A stretch of DNA of 64,000 nucleotides from an uncultured Planctomycetota bacterium (GTDB taxonomy: Bacteria; Planctomycetota; Planctomycetia; Isosphaerales; Isosphaeraceae). The DNA lies in NCBI GenBank assembly GCA_963845755.1, contig CAWJTV010000012.1:128001-192000 (forward strand), given 5' to 3'. The translations under genes and the position numbers were made by a program. The notes below the pieces were generated by a model. It saw only the letters and a list, made by a program, of their open reading frames with translations. It searched no databases and was not told the origin of the DNA. The stretch's first letter is position 1, and every line of letters begins with the position of its first letter. This document shows positions 46,385-56,608 of the stretch, one piece after another.

Positions 46385-47120
46385 GACCTGGATCACTCCG
46401 ATGCATGATGGGTACCGCCTTCTTGATCCCCGTAGGAAGCTTGCAACGATCATGCCAATTGGCGTATCCGCCATGTGGCGAGTGGAGTCGTCCGCATCGC
46501 GATCCGACGAAGATTCGCTTCTGCAACCGACGCAACGATTCCGCCTCGCACTGAACGCCCCATTGTCTGGCACACCGGACGGGGCCGGCAAGACGGCGAG
46601 GCAGGCTTGTCGGCGAGGCCGTCTTGAGGGCGGAGTTCGGCCTTCGTACCGGTGCCGGAGAGCCGTACAACCCCATCAGCCGGCGTGACTCGCTCCGGTG
46701 TACAGCCCCGGCATCAGCCACCTGGTAGAGCCGCCATGTTCCGGCTCAGCCGAAGGCATCGACGAGCCAGCCGAGTGCGTCGGCCAAGAAGCAGGCCGCA
46801 GGCCGTGAAGAACCAGGTAAGATCGATCCGGCCGGTCCCGGTTGATACCGGGGGATCAGCATCGAACTGCCGCCTAACGTTAGGCGGGACATATGCCCGG
46901 ATCCTCCGGCCGGTGCGACAAGAAACGGCCCAGGGTCCCGCTCGACGGGCCGGTGCCGGCCTCGATCGAGCGTGCCGGCGTCGAGGACGACCGGTAGTCA
47001 CCCCGCTTCCGGCCGACGACACCGGACGCGGGGCTGCGTAGGCAAGTGAATCGGGGAGAAACGGGTCTCCCACTTTTCGCCCCGGTGGAGTCATCCCGGC
47101 CACTCTGCGAGCCATGGCTC

Positions 47121-47375
47121 ATGGCGACCGGCAAACCCATCCTCAGAACAAACCCGGGCCGCGAGCCGGCCGCCAGGGCCCCGATGCGCTCGCTCATCGC
47201 CCGGGAGATGCAGGACATCCGCCTGGTCAACGGGTCGGAGGAGCTATACACCCTCTCATCCGAAGCGGACGAGCAGCTCAACGTGGCCGGCGATCCGACG
47301 GCCCGCACGGTCGTCCAGGGATTCCGCGATCGCCGCGCGGGAATGTCGCGGAAACAGCAGGGTCTACCGCCGTAG
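47121..47375 (+). CDS. Hypothetical protein
   Basis: Protein-like composition; no recognised motif. Confidence 0.4.
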   Translation: MATGKPILRTNPGREPAARAPMRSLIAREMQDIRLVNGSEELYTLSSEADEQLNVAGDPTARTVVQGFRDRRAGMSRKQQGLPP

Positions 47376-47487
47376 GATCGTGGCGCCGGCGATCGTCTGG
47401 AAACGGAGGGGAAACCGCGACGTGATGCGGACAGCGGGGGACTGGACCAGATCTTGTGCGCAGGCCACCTTTTCTTGTTCGGGCCTC

Positions 47488-48716
47488 TCAACGGCATGGA
47501 TTCGAACCTCCCGAACGTTGGCCGACTTCTTGGAAGAAGGTTTCGTACTGCTCGGCCAGATGGCCGGCATCCCATCGCCGCGCCTCGGCTTTGGCCAGGG
47601 CGCGGTGCTTGGCCTCGAAAGACGGATCGTCCCACAGCCGTTCGATCGTCGCGACCCAGGGGGCCACTTCGCGCGGTGTCGGGATCGCGAGGTTCGTCGG
47701 CGTGTACCGTTCGGGGATCGTGAACGCGAATCCGGCCTCGCCCAGGGTTTCGGGCAAGGCCCCGCGGTCGCTGGCCAGCACGGGGATGCCGTTGGCCATC
47801 GCCTCCACGGCCACCCGGCCCAGCGACTCGCGCCAGAGTGACGGCATCAGCACCACCCGGCTGAGCCTGTAGAAATCGCGCGGATCGGGCGTGTTGGCCA
47901 TCCGGTTCAGGTTGGTCAGTCCCGAGAGGTCCACCGGCAGCCGATCCAGCGAATCCGACGTCCCCCGCCCCTCGACGACCAGCAGTGGGATGTCCGGCCG
48001 CCGACGGCCCAGCTCCATCGCGATCCGGGCGAAGACCGTGAGGCCCTTCTCCGGCTGCGGGTTGATGAACGTCACATAGCGCGGGTCGGGATCCGCGGCG
48101 ATGACGCGGTCGAGCGGAATCGGGTCGGAGATCACCGGCCCGTCCAGGCCGATCCGAGCCCGGTGGAATCGCCGGGAATACTCCGAGGGGAACAGGACGG
48201 TGGAGACGTCGGCAAACCCGCGGCGGTCGTTGTAGCCGAAGTTGTGCAGGTGGAAGACGACCGGCGTCCCGCTCGCCCGGGCGCGTTTCATCAGCTCCAG
48301 GCTGACGGGATGGCCGCCGTAGGTCAGCAGCGCCTGGGGCCGGAACCGCTCGAGCACCTGCTGGACCAGGCTGAGGAAGACCTCGCCCTCGCGCGGGTGG
48401 TGGTGCGCTCGGCCCGGCTGGAGGTCGTGGGCATGATGGTGACGCGGACGCCGCCGACCTCCAGGTCGACCACCTCCGTGACCTCACCACGGCTGGGCGT
48501 CGCAGTCATCCGCCGGGCCGAGCCGTCGAGCTCGAGGATGCCCAGGAGCTGCTCGACCGAGGTTTCGCCCTGGTAGTCGAGGATCCCGCAGGTCAGCGCG
48601 CGGCAATCCCAGCCGCGCGCGGCCAGCATCTCCAGCACCTCGCGGCTACAGATCGCCGCCCCGCTGGCCGGATCGAGATAGCAGTGGATCGAGGCGAACA
48701 GCAGCCGTTTGGTCAT
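47488..48716 (-). CDS. GT4-family glycosyltransferase (frameshift near 48390)
   Basis: YLDPASGAA, TFINPQPEKG, LMPSLWRESLGRVAVEAMANGIPVLASDRGALPE. Confidence 0.9.
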
Positions 48717-48718
48717 GG

Positions 48719-49501
48719 TTATCGGATCCGGGTGCACGAACTGCGATCGGTCACGGCCCGACCGGGTTGGAGGACGACCTGGGGCCTGTCGATCGACGCC
48801 AGGAGACTCCGGCCCAATCGATCGGCCGGATCGGGTCCTGGATGCCGTCGCGCCTCGCGGAAGTCGTGGACGGCCCGACGGCAGCCCGCCACATTGCCGT
48901 AGTCGTCCACGATCACGTAGCCGCCCACCGAGAGGCGGTCGTAGAGGCTCTCGAGGGCCTGGATCGTCAACTCGTACAGGTCGCCGTCGAGCCGGAGTAC
49001 GGCCAGCCGCTCGATCGGTGCCGCCGGCAGCGTGTCCCGGAACCAGCCCGGGAGGAAGCGGACCTGCTCATCGAGCAGGCCGTACCGTCGGAAGTTGTCG
49101 CGGACCCGCTCCAGCGGCACGGCGAGCTGGGCGAATTCGTGCAGGCCATCATCGGCGTCGCAGGGGTAGCGGGCCGCGTCCGGCGGCGGCAGGCCGGCGA
49201 ACGAGTCGGCGACCCAGACGGTTCGATCGCCCACGCCGTGGACCTTGAGGATCGCGCGCATGAGGATCGTCGTCCCGCCGCGCCAGGCGCCGGTCTCGAT
49301 CAAGTCGCCCGGCACGCCGTCGGCCAGGACACTCTCGACGCACTCCCGCACGTTGGCGAGGCGCTTCAGGCCGATCATCGTGTGGGCCCGCGCCGGCCAG
49401 TCCAAGCCCTCGGCGCGGATCGGCTCTTCGAACTGGTCATAGAGCCAGTCGGTCAGGCATCGCATCATCAGGTCGAGGTAAAGGTCGGCCGCGGCGTTCA
49501 T
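48719..49501 (-). CDS. TylF/MycF/NovP-family O-methyltransferase
   Basis: AHTMIG..RL, ETGAWRGG, DSFAGLP, GWFRDTLP, LRLDGDLYE, IVDDY. Confidence 0.92.
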   Translation of the reverse strand: MNAAADLYLDLMMRCLTDWLYDQFEEPIRAEGLDWPARAHTMIGLKRLANVRECVESVLADGVPGDLIETGAWRGGTTILMRAILKVHGVGDRTVWVADSFAGLPPPDAARYPCDADDGLHEFAQLAVPLERVRDNFRRYGLLDEQVRFLPGWFRDTLPAAPIERLAVLRLDGDLYELTIQALESLYDRLSVGGYVIVDDYGNVAGCRRAVHDFREARRHPGPDPADRLGRSLLASIDRPQVVLQPGRAVTDRSSCTRIR

Positions 49502-49522
49502 ACGGGCTCCCATCCCCGGGGA

Positions 49523-50090
49523 TCACGGGCCGGATCCGGCCGTCGCGGCCTGAGCGAGGCTCGCCGCGCCGGCGGCCGGGGCGTCCTCGATGGGGCACGG
49601 CTCTCCGGGCCGCACGAGCACCGTCCAGCCCGACGTGCCCTCCCGGTACTCGTGGGCCTGCCAGCCGCCCGCGGCGATCACCTCGATGATGATCGGCCCG
49701 AGGAGGGATCGCGGATGGTGCGTATTGGCCACGGCGACGGCCCGGCACCTCCCCGCGTAGGCCCCCAACCATCGCCGTGCATCGTCCTCGCAATGCGCGT
49801 CGATGTCCACGTGCAGCAGGTCGATCCGCTCCCAGCGATCGACGACCGCCATCGGATCCGCCCGGACGAAGGTGAAGCGGGGGTCCCGGACGTCGTGACG
49901 ATCCAGGGGATCGACGCCCCAGACGTGGCCATCGACCGCGTGCGCCCCCTCGAGCAGGGCGCGGGTACTGACGCCGAAACGGACCCCCAGCTCGACGACG
50001 ACGGTGGCATGCAGCGCCTCGACCCAGGCGGCGACCCGCCGGGAGTCAGGTTCCGAAACCCCCGAAGCGCCAGCCGGAACAATGATCCGC
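49523..50090 (-). CDS. Class I SAM-dependent methyltransferase domain (possibly fused to the upstream GT-TPR)
   Basis: VVELGVRFGVST..VWGVDP..IDLLHVD. Confidence 0.7.
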
Positions 50091-51232
50091 CGTGAGCCGG
50101 GCACGATCCAGGAGACCGCGCGCGCCCCGACCTCGGCGTGGCGGCCGGCCGGGGGCGCCGCGCAGCAGGTCGAGTTTCGCCGTCGCCTCGCGGTCGCCGG
50201 GGCATTCCTCGAGCACCGCGCGCCAGAGCCGCTCGGCCTCCTCACGGTCACCGCGCTCGGCGGCCAGCGCGGCGAGGTTGCGCCGGGTCAGATGGCCGTA
50301 GATCCCCTGGTCGAGGCTGGCGAACTGCTCGGGGCGGCGGAGGGTCAGGACCTGCGCCAGCACCGCTCGGCGCCCTCGGCGTCGCCCGTATGCCGCTGGA
50401 CCACCGCTTCGCGGAAGAGCAATTCGGCATCGGCAGGATCCAGGGCCAGTCCCGCGGCGCAGGCGGCCAGGGCCTGGTCGGGCTCGGCGAGCATCTGGTG
50501 CGCCCGCGCGATCAGCGCATAGAGCTTCCGCGTGATCGAGTCACTCGGCGCCGAGCCGGCCAGGCTGCGGCGGAGCAATTCCAGCGCCTCGCGCCAGTCC
50601 TGGCGCTCGATGGCGATGGCGCCGAGGTTGAACAGGACGAACGGGTCATCGGGCCGTTCGTCCAGCTCGTCGCGGAGGATGCGTTCATCGCGTTGGAGCT
50701 TCCGCGCCCGGAGTGCCCGGTCGGTGTACCCCGTATGCCGCACGACGAGATCGGTCCAGCGCACGGGGATCTTCGCCCGCCGCAGCGCCGGCAAAATCTG
50801 CTCGTGAACGCGATAGGTCCAGCGGATCCCCTCGTGGAGCGGGAACAGCCGGATGTGATCGACGACGGTCTCGCCGCCGCTGCCATCTTCGCCGGGATCA
50901 CACGCACAACGCACGACGTAACCGCAATCCTGATCCGACCGCAGCGAGTCGAGCAGCACCTGCAACGTCTCGCGCTCGGGCGGCTCGACCACGTCGTCGG
51001 CATCGAGCCAGAAGGCGTAATCGCCGGTCGCCCGCGCCAGGGCGGCATTGCGAGCGGCGGCGAAGTCATCAACCCAGACGAAATCGAACACCCGCGCACC
51101 AAAGGATCGAGCCACCTCGACCGTACGATCGGTGCTGCCGGTATCGACAACTACGATCTCATCGAAGATCCCCCGCACCGACTCGAGGCATTTCGGAAGG
51201 TTCTTTTCCTCGTCTCGGACGATCATGGTCAA
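50046..51232 (-). CDS. GT2 glycosyltransferase + TPR repeats (frameshift near 50360)
   Basis: SLTMIVRDEE..VVVDTGSTDRT..DFAAARN..WLDADD..VHEQI..HTGY; TPR helices. Confidence 0.88.
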
Positions 51233-52746
51233 GCTGACTCGGGCCCGCTGTCGGTGGTCGGTTGTTCGTTCAGATACCGACTGCCCAGGAAGCGGGGCGT
51301 CTGGGGCCGAAGACCGAAAGTTGAGGGCCGAGGTTGATCCGGAATCCGGAATCGAGAATCGAGAATCCGGAATCGGGAATCCGGAATCCGGAATCGGGAA
51401 TCGGGAATCCGGAATCGGGAATCCGGAATCCGGAATCCGGAATCCGGAATCCGGAATCCGGAATCCGGAATCGGGTTCGTCCAGGCCCTCAGCTCAACTC
51501 GCCGTCCCCGAGGCGCGTCCTGCCCCCACTTCCCGGCGAACCGTCGCTCATTTTCCTCCAGCAGCGCCGACGCGTCGACCCCGTTGCCGACGAACGTCCG
51601 GCTGCCGAAGTGGTGGACGAACAGATCCTTCGCCACGGCCAGCTCGAACCCGCCACGACGCGCACGCACGGCCAGGTCGTCATCATCGAACAACCCCAAC
51701 CCGAACCGCTCGTCCAGCCCGCCGACGGCGTCGTAGACCGCCCGCGTCAAGAGCAGGCAGAAGCCCGACAGCTTCCCCACCGTGAACCACTGCCCGCGAT
51801 GCCGATCGCGCCACCGCCGGGCGAAGGCGTGCATCTCGTCCAGGTCGCGATACGGCACACTCTCGACCCCTTGCGGCGGCGCGGCGTAATTCGACATCGG
51901 CCCGGCCAGGCCGATCCGGTTCGGAACGGGTCTCTCGACCGCACCCGGGGAAGGAAAACGGGGACTGGCTCCCGGCCCAAGATAATCGGGGCTTTCGCGC
52001 GAACGATCGGCTGAGGCCGGGTGCCTGTCCCCGTTTTCCGCGAGAGTGCCGCCCCGCATCGCGCTCGGCGCGGGTCTCCCGCTCGGCACAGGTCTCCCGA
52101 CCCCATCGCTGCCCGAACCGGCGGTCTCCCGATCCTCCGTTCCCACTCGCACCGCCGTCAACGCGATGAGCTGATCGAGCCACGCATCGGTGACGACCGC
52201 GTCATTGTTGAGCAAGACGAGGTACTCACCACGTGCGGCCTGCAAGCCCTGGTTGATGGCCCGCGGAAACCCGACGTTCCGGGCATTCGCGATGATCGTG
52301 ACCGGCACGCCCGCCGCGTCCTGGACTCCGGCCAGGTAATCGCCGGTCCCATCGGTCGAGCCATTGTCGATGACGATCAACTCCCACGGCCGGCGCGTAT
52401 GGCGCAACAAACCCTGGACGCACAGCCGGGTGAACTCGCGCTGGTTCCAGCAGGGGACGATGATCGAGGCCAGGCCCCGGACCGCGGACACCTTGGGGTC
52501 CGGTGAGGGATCACGAGGATCCGCTTCCTGCCCACGTTCGAGCGTCCTCACCTTCCCAGGCGCGCACGATCCCTCGCGGAGGGCCGGCCCCACGGGCCGC
52601 GCCAGCGATCCGCTCCCCGCCTCGGCATTCCCCAGCACGAACACCTGCCCCTCGCGGTCGAACAGCGCGCACGGGGTCGCCACCGGCAACCGACTGGCCC
52701 ACTTGCGGGCGAACACCCGCGCACTGCGAACGAACGACTCGGTCAA
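51229..52746 (-). CDS. GT2 glycosyltransferase domain
   Basis: SIIVPCWN..IDNGSTDGT..NVGFPRAINQG..LLNND..LSGFCLL..GGLDERFGLGLFDDDD. Confidence 0.88.
   Translation of the reverse strand: MTESFVRSARVFARKWASRLPVATPCALFDREGQVFVLGNAEAGSGSLARPVGPALREGSCAPGKVRTLERGQEADPRDPSPDPKVSAVRGLASIIVPCWNQREFTRLCVQGLLRHTRRPWELIVIDNGSTDGTGDYLAGVQDAAGVPVTIIANARNVGFPRAINQGLQAARGEYLVLLNNDAVVTDAWLDQLIALTAVRVGTEDRETAGSGSDGVGRPVPSGRPAPSAMRGGTLAENGDRHPASADRSRESPDYLGPGASPRFPSPGAVERPVPNRIGLAGPMSNYAAPPQGVESVPYRDLDEMHAFARRWRDRHRGQWFTVGKLSGFCLLLTRAVYDAVGGLDERFGLGLFDDDDLAVRARRGGFELAVAKDLFVHHFGSRTFVGNGVDASALLEENERRFAGKWGQDAPRGRRVELRAWTNPIPDSGFRIPDSGFRIPDSRFRIPDSRFRIPDSRFRILDSRFRIPDQPRPSTFGLRPQTPRFLGSRYLNEQPTTDSGPESA
51341..51473. 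repeat. Heptamer tandem repeat, 19 x (G/A)GAATC(C/G/T-like variants)
   Basis: 133 bp = 19 units of GGAATCC/GGAATCG/AGAATCG/AGAATCC, counted directly. Confidence 0.95.
51953..52039. repeat. REP-like palindrome (GGGGACTGGCTCC...GGTGCCTGTCCCC family) inside the GT2 gene
   Basis: GGAAAACGGGGACTGGCTCCCGGCC ... GGCCGGGTGCCTGTCCCCGTTTTCC. Confidence 0.75.
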
Positions 52747-53411
52747 GCCGACGTTCCGCGAGTTGTGCCGGCACGGGGCCTCCAGCGCAACGACCGCCCA
52801 TCCGCGCCTCGACGGCCTGGAGGCAGAGATCGGCCCCGTAGAGATGGAACCCCAGCTCGGTGTCGAACCGGAGCGGCGAATCCCGCCGGATGATGAGCAA
52901 CAGCTCGTCCAGCGTGACGACCGGCGCGGGCAGATCCGGCCCGTGGAGCAGCACGCGATCCCGATCCACGACGCGGCCGATCCTCCGCACCGCGGGCGGA
53001 CCCTGGGATGATCCGGGAGCGATCACCGGGCCGACGCCGTAGACCCCGGCCACCCCGATCGGTCCGAATCGTCGCTCGGCCCGCCGATATTGCTCGAGGA
53101 TTTGCCGGTCCCAGTCCGGCGGCAGGACCACATCCTGGTGCACGCAGACGACCCACTCGTGCTTCGCCCGCTCCCGGCCGGCGTTCAGCGCCTCCGCGGC
53201 GTTGGGCGGGTTGCGGAGGACGATGACCTGGTGCGGCGCCGGGTCCCAGGCACGGTGAGGCCATCAGGTTCGCCGCGAGCACGGCCTCGTCGTCGACGCA
53301 GACCGCGAACGAGAGCGGGACGGCCTGATGAAGCGGCCCGGTCGAAGGACGGGGATCGCCGCTCTGAGCAGCCCGTGGATCGTCGCGCTGGGGCTTGTCC
53401 GCATCCGGCAT
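52743..53411 (-). CDS. Glycosyltransferase-like N-terminal domain (several frameshifts; probably fused to 51229..52746)
   Basis: LSFAVCVDDEAVLAANL.ASPCL; HQDVVLP..GVAGVYG..TLDELLL..FHLYGADLCL. Confidence 0.75.
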   Translation of the reverse strand: MPDADKPQRDDPRAAQSGDPRPSTGPLHQAVPLSFAVCVDDEAVLAANLMASPCLGPGAAPGHRPPQPAQRRGGAERRPGAGEARVGRLRAPGCGPAAGLGPANPRAISAGRATIRTDRGGRGLRRRPGDRSRIIPGSARGAEDRPRRGSGSRAAPRAGSARAGRHAGRAVAHHPAGFAAPVRHRAGVPSLRGRSLPPGRRGADGRSLRWRPRAGTTRGTSA

Positions 53412-53429
53412 CTCGCCTCCCAAGAGCTG

Positions 53430-53539
53430 TTTCAAAACGGGGACTGGCTCCGAGTCTTCGAGGTGCCTGTCCCCCTTTTGAAACGGCACCTCCAAAACGG
53501 GGCCTGGCTTCGAGTCTTCGCCGTGCCTGTCCCCTCTTT
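53430..53539. repeat. Two tandem REP-like palindromes (same family as 51953)
   Basis: AAAACGGGGACTGGCTCCGAGTCTTCGAGGTGCCTGTCCCCCTTTT and a second, degenerate copy. Confidence 0.75.
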
Positions 53540-53691
53540 ATGAGGGGCTGTTCCTGATGCAACCCAGTAACCCAGTTCGCCACTCTTCTCCAGGGAACTC
53601 CCCGTGTCCGATCGTTGTCGGGCCCCGGGGGAGCGTGTATCATCGAGAGATCCAGGGAAACCATCCGACGCGGATCGGAAGGAGCAAGGCC

Positions 53692-54129
53692 ATGCCAGCC
53701 CGCGGAGACAACGGCGTGGGGCGCTTCCGCGTCGAGATCGAGGTCGTGAATAATGCGGACTTGATCCGCCTCCAGGATGGCCACCTGCCCGCCGACCAGG
53801 TTCGCCGCGAGAGGATCCAGGGTCTGGTGGATTCCGACGCGACGAAGCTGGTGTTGCCCGCGGCGCTGGTCAAGCGCCTGGGCCTGCCGCTGGGCGACCC
53901 GATCAACGTCCGCTACGCCGACGGCCGCCGAGCCCGCCGCAAGGGTATGGATCAGGTCTACGTCCAGCTCCTGGGTCGTCACGGGACCTTCTCCGCGGTT
54001 TGCGAACCGAAACGCGAGACGGCCTTGATCGGGGCCATCGTCCTGAAAGACCTCGATCTGCTGGTGGACGGCTCGGCCCAACGGGTCATCCCCCGCGATC
54101 CCACCGGCATCACCTCCGAGATCGAGTGA
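53692..54129 (+). CDS. Clan AA (retropepsin-like) aspartic protease family protein
   Basis: GLVDSDATKLVLP, YADGR, ALIGAIVLKDLDLLVD. Confidence 0.8.
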   Translation: MPARGDNGVGRFRVEIEVVNNADLIRLQDGHLPADQVRRERIQGLVDSDATKLVLPAALVKRLGLPLGDPINVRYADGRRARRKGMDQVYVQLLGRHGTFSAVCEPKRETALIGAIVLKDLDLLVDGSAQRVIPRDPTGITSEIE

Positions 54130-54193
54130 ACGGGAAACTCAGTCGAGAGCGCTTGGCTTTTGCATGGCGCACGCCCTGAGTCGCTGCGAATTC

Positions 54194-54286
54194 ACCCCCC
54201 GGAACCCCCCCTTCGCAAGGGGGGGACAGGAAACGGGCTTTTCCCGATCAATATCCCCCCCTTGCGAAGGGGGGGTTCCGGGGGGT
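54194..54286. repeat. Palindromic REP-like doublet
   Basis: ACCCCCCGGAACCCCCCCTTCGCAAGGGGGGGA ... TCCCCCCCTTGCGAAGGGGGGGTTCCGGGGGGT. Confidence 0.8.
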
Positions 54287-54480
54287 TCTTCGAGAGCAGG
54301 CCTCACGTTTGGGCAACCCAACTGCGAGGCGTTCTAACGCCCCGACTCCCCGGAATCGCGCTGGCCTCGCGCCGGGCCATCTGCGATAATCTTTCCAAGT
54401 CCGATCCAGGAAACATGATGAGTCCCGAACTCATGACCACGAGAACCGGCACACCGCGACGCGAGCCGATTGGAACGGCG

Positions 54481-54732
54481 ATGCTCCAGCAACTTGCCGA
54501 CCTGGAGCCACGGAGCAGGTCCCCCGCGACCGCTCGGAAGATCCTGGAGCTGAGCTTCTCCCCAAGGCAACAAAAGCGTGCCGGCTTCCTCTCGGAGAAG
54601 GCCCAGGAGGGCTCGCTCACAGTTCCCGAGCGAGACGAGCTCGATGAGTACATCACGGTGGCCGACCTCTTGACCATCCTCCAATCCCGAGCCCGCCGGG
54701 CCCTGAAGCCCGCCAAGCGTTCGAAAGTGTAA
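54481..54732 (+). CDS. Small antitoxin-like protein
   Basis: ARKILELSF..LSEKAQEGSLT..ERDELDEY..DLLTILQSRARRAL; a near-copy precedes the HNH gene at 60682. Confidence 0.7.
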   Translation: MLQQLADLEPRSRSPATARKILELSFSPRQQKRAGFLSEKAQEGSLTVPERDELDEYITVADLLTILQSRARRALKPAKRSKV

Positions 54733-54802
54733 AAGGGGGCAAGCCTATTCATTAGTTATGTCCCCTGTCCTTCTCCTCGATAGAATACTCCCGGAGGCGC
54801 CC

Positions 54803-55006
54803 ATGAATCACGACGACCAGGCTCAGAGAGACGCGGACATCGCCGAGGTGGTCCGGCTCGTCGCCGAGGGCCAGCACGTGACCGACGCGGAACTCCTACG
54901 TCGGATCCGGCAGCGGTCCGATGCCTTGCGGCGGGAGATGCTGAAGACGCAAGGCCTGACGGATATCGCCGTCGACCTGGTCCAGGAAAGCCGCGACGAA
55001 GGATGA
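54803..55006 (+). CDS. Probable antitoxin (VapB-like)
   Basis: Ends DIAVDLVQESRDEG; ATGA overlap with the PIN toxin. Confidence 0.7.
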   Translation: MNHDDQAQRDADIAEVVRLVAEGQHVTDAELLRRIRQRSDALRREMLKTQGLTDIAVDLVQESRDEG

Positions 55007-55421
55007 AATACGTCCTGGATGTCAATGTCGCCCTCAAGTGGGTGCTCAATGAGGTCGAACTCGCCGAAGGCACGGCGGTTGCGGGATGACGGGCGGGCCC
55101 GGATCCACGAGCTGATCGCACCCGATGTGCTCCCCTTCGAGGCCGCCCACGCCCTGACGCGGGCGGAGCGGCGGCGGCTGATTGCGGACGCCGCCCAGTT
55201 CTGGGGTGAGATCATGACCGATTGCCCTCGGCTCTTCCCTGCGCTGCCGCTGGCCCAGCGCGCTGGCCATCTCACGGCAAGCCCGAATCGGTTTCTACGA
55301 CTGCCTCTATGTCGCCCTGGCGGAGCGGGAGGGGTGCGAGCTGATCACCGCCGACACCAGGATGGTGACCACGCTCAAGCCGACATTCCCCTTCATCATC
55401 GACCTGGCTTCCTTCCCTTGA
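55003..55421 (+). CDS. vapC: PIN-domain VapC toxin (frameshifted)
   Basis: MKYVLDVNVALKWVL; APDVLPFEAAHAL; FYDCLYVALAEREGCELITAD. Confidence 0.82.
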
Positions 55422-55795
55422 CGGAACCGCCATCTCGGTCCAGCCGGTTTGTTCACGGGAGGGGCAAAAGGGGACATTGCTGAATGCCATTAAGTTAAGC
55501 GTAAAGACAGATTCTAATTGCACTTAGGGTCGATCTCCCCGGCTCCAATCAGAAATAGTTTAGATATGTTAATTTGATTCTCAGAGCGAAAACACCCTGG
55601 ATCCAAGCCGCATGGAATGATCTAGATATCAACATACTTATAAAATCGCCGAAAACATGCTCGACGCAAGCCGTTTGGAGATCAGGAGTTAAACTTAACT
55701 TAATGCCATTCGGGACATTGCTAATTCCCCCCGCAGGCTGGACAATTTGGGTAAACCCATGATCTCTTCCCTCCCCCATGAGTCTCGGTGAGCCC

Positions 55796-56338
55796 ATGCC
55801 TCGAACCGCAAGAGCTTGCTCGGCCGGATACACCTACCATGTCCTCAATCGCGGCAACGCACGTGCCGAGGTGTTCCACAAGTCCGACGACTACGACGCG
55901 TTCGTCGAGATGATGGCCGAAGCCTCCCTCCGCACCCCGATGCGCATCCTGGCCTACTGCCTCATGCCCAATCACTTCCATCTGGCGCTCTGGCCCCGCG
56001 CCGACGGCGACCTCAGCCGCGGGATGCATTGGCTGATGACCACCCCAGTGCGCCGCTACCTGCGACACTATCACTCCAGCGGCCATGTGTGGCAAGGCCG
56101 GTTCAAGGCGTTCCCGACCGAGGAAGATGAGCGAGACTGGGTCGAGGGCGTCAACATGGCGATGACCGAGGCCGAAGTGGAGCAGGTGCGCGAATGCGTG
56201 CGCCGCGATCGGCCGTACGGCTCGGCGGCCTGGACGACAGCGACCGCCCGGAGCCTGGGGCTGGAGTATAGTCTCCGGCCCCGCGGTCGTCCGCCAGCCA
56301 CGGACCCGGCCACGCCGAACGGGAAAGGTCCCTGTTGA
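55796..56338 (+). pseudogene. REP-associated tyrosine (HUH Y1) transposase with internal deletion
   Basis: YHVLNRGN, AYCLMPNHFHL, GHVWQGRFKAF; the following Y..RNP catalytic segment is absent. Confidence 0.8.
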
Positions 56339-56608
56339 AGCTCGCTGAAAAACGGGTGTGTGTCGCATGGTTTTGCCGACCTAAGGCGGATACGGATTTC
56401 CCAGACTCTGCAGTTCAACCAGATCTCGCAATCCTCGTCAAGATTTAGGGATGTCCCCTGGTATGTGGCGAAGTGAGGTACTAAAGATTCTTGACCAGCA
56501 ACAACAGGGGGGCCTGGGGGGGTCAAGGATCTTTTCTACTGAACGCCCGAGCAGACTTCCAGAATGGGAGTTGGGTCTCTTCTCAACTCGATTCGGAGGT
56601 CCTGTTCC

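Noticed and set aside
51341..51473. Heptamer repeat as CRISPR
   Set aside because: Contiguous 7-bp units with no spacers.
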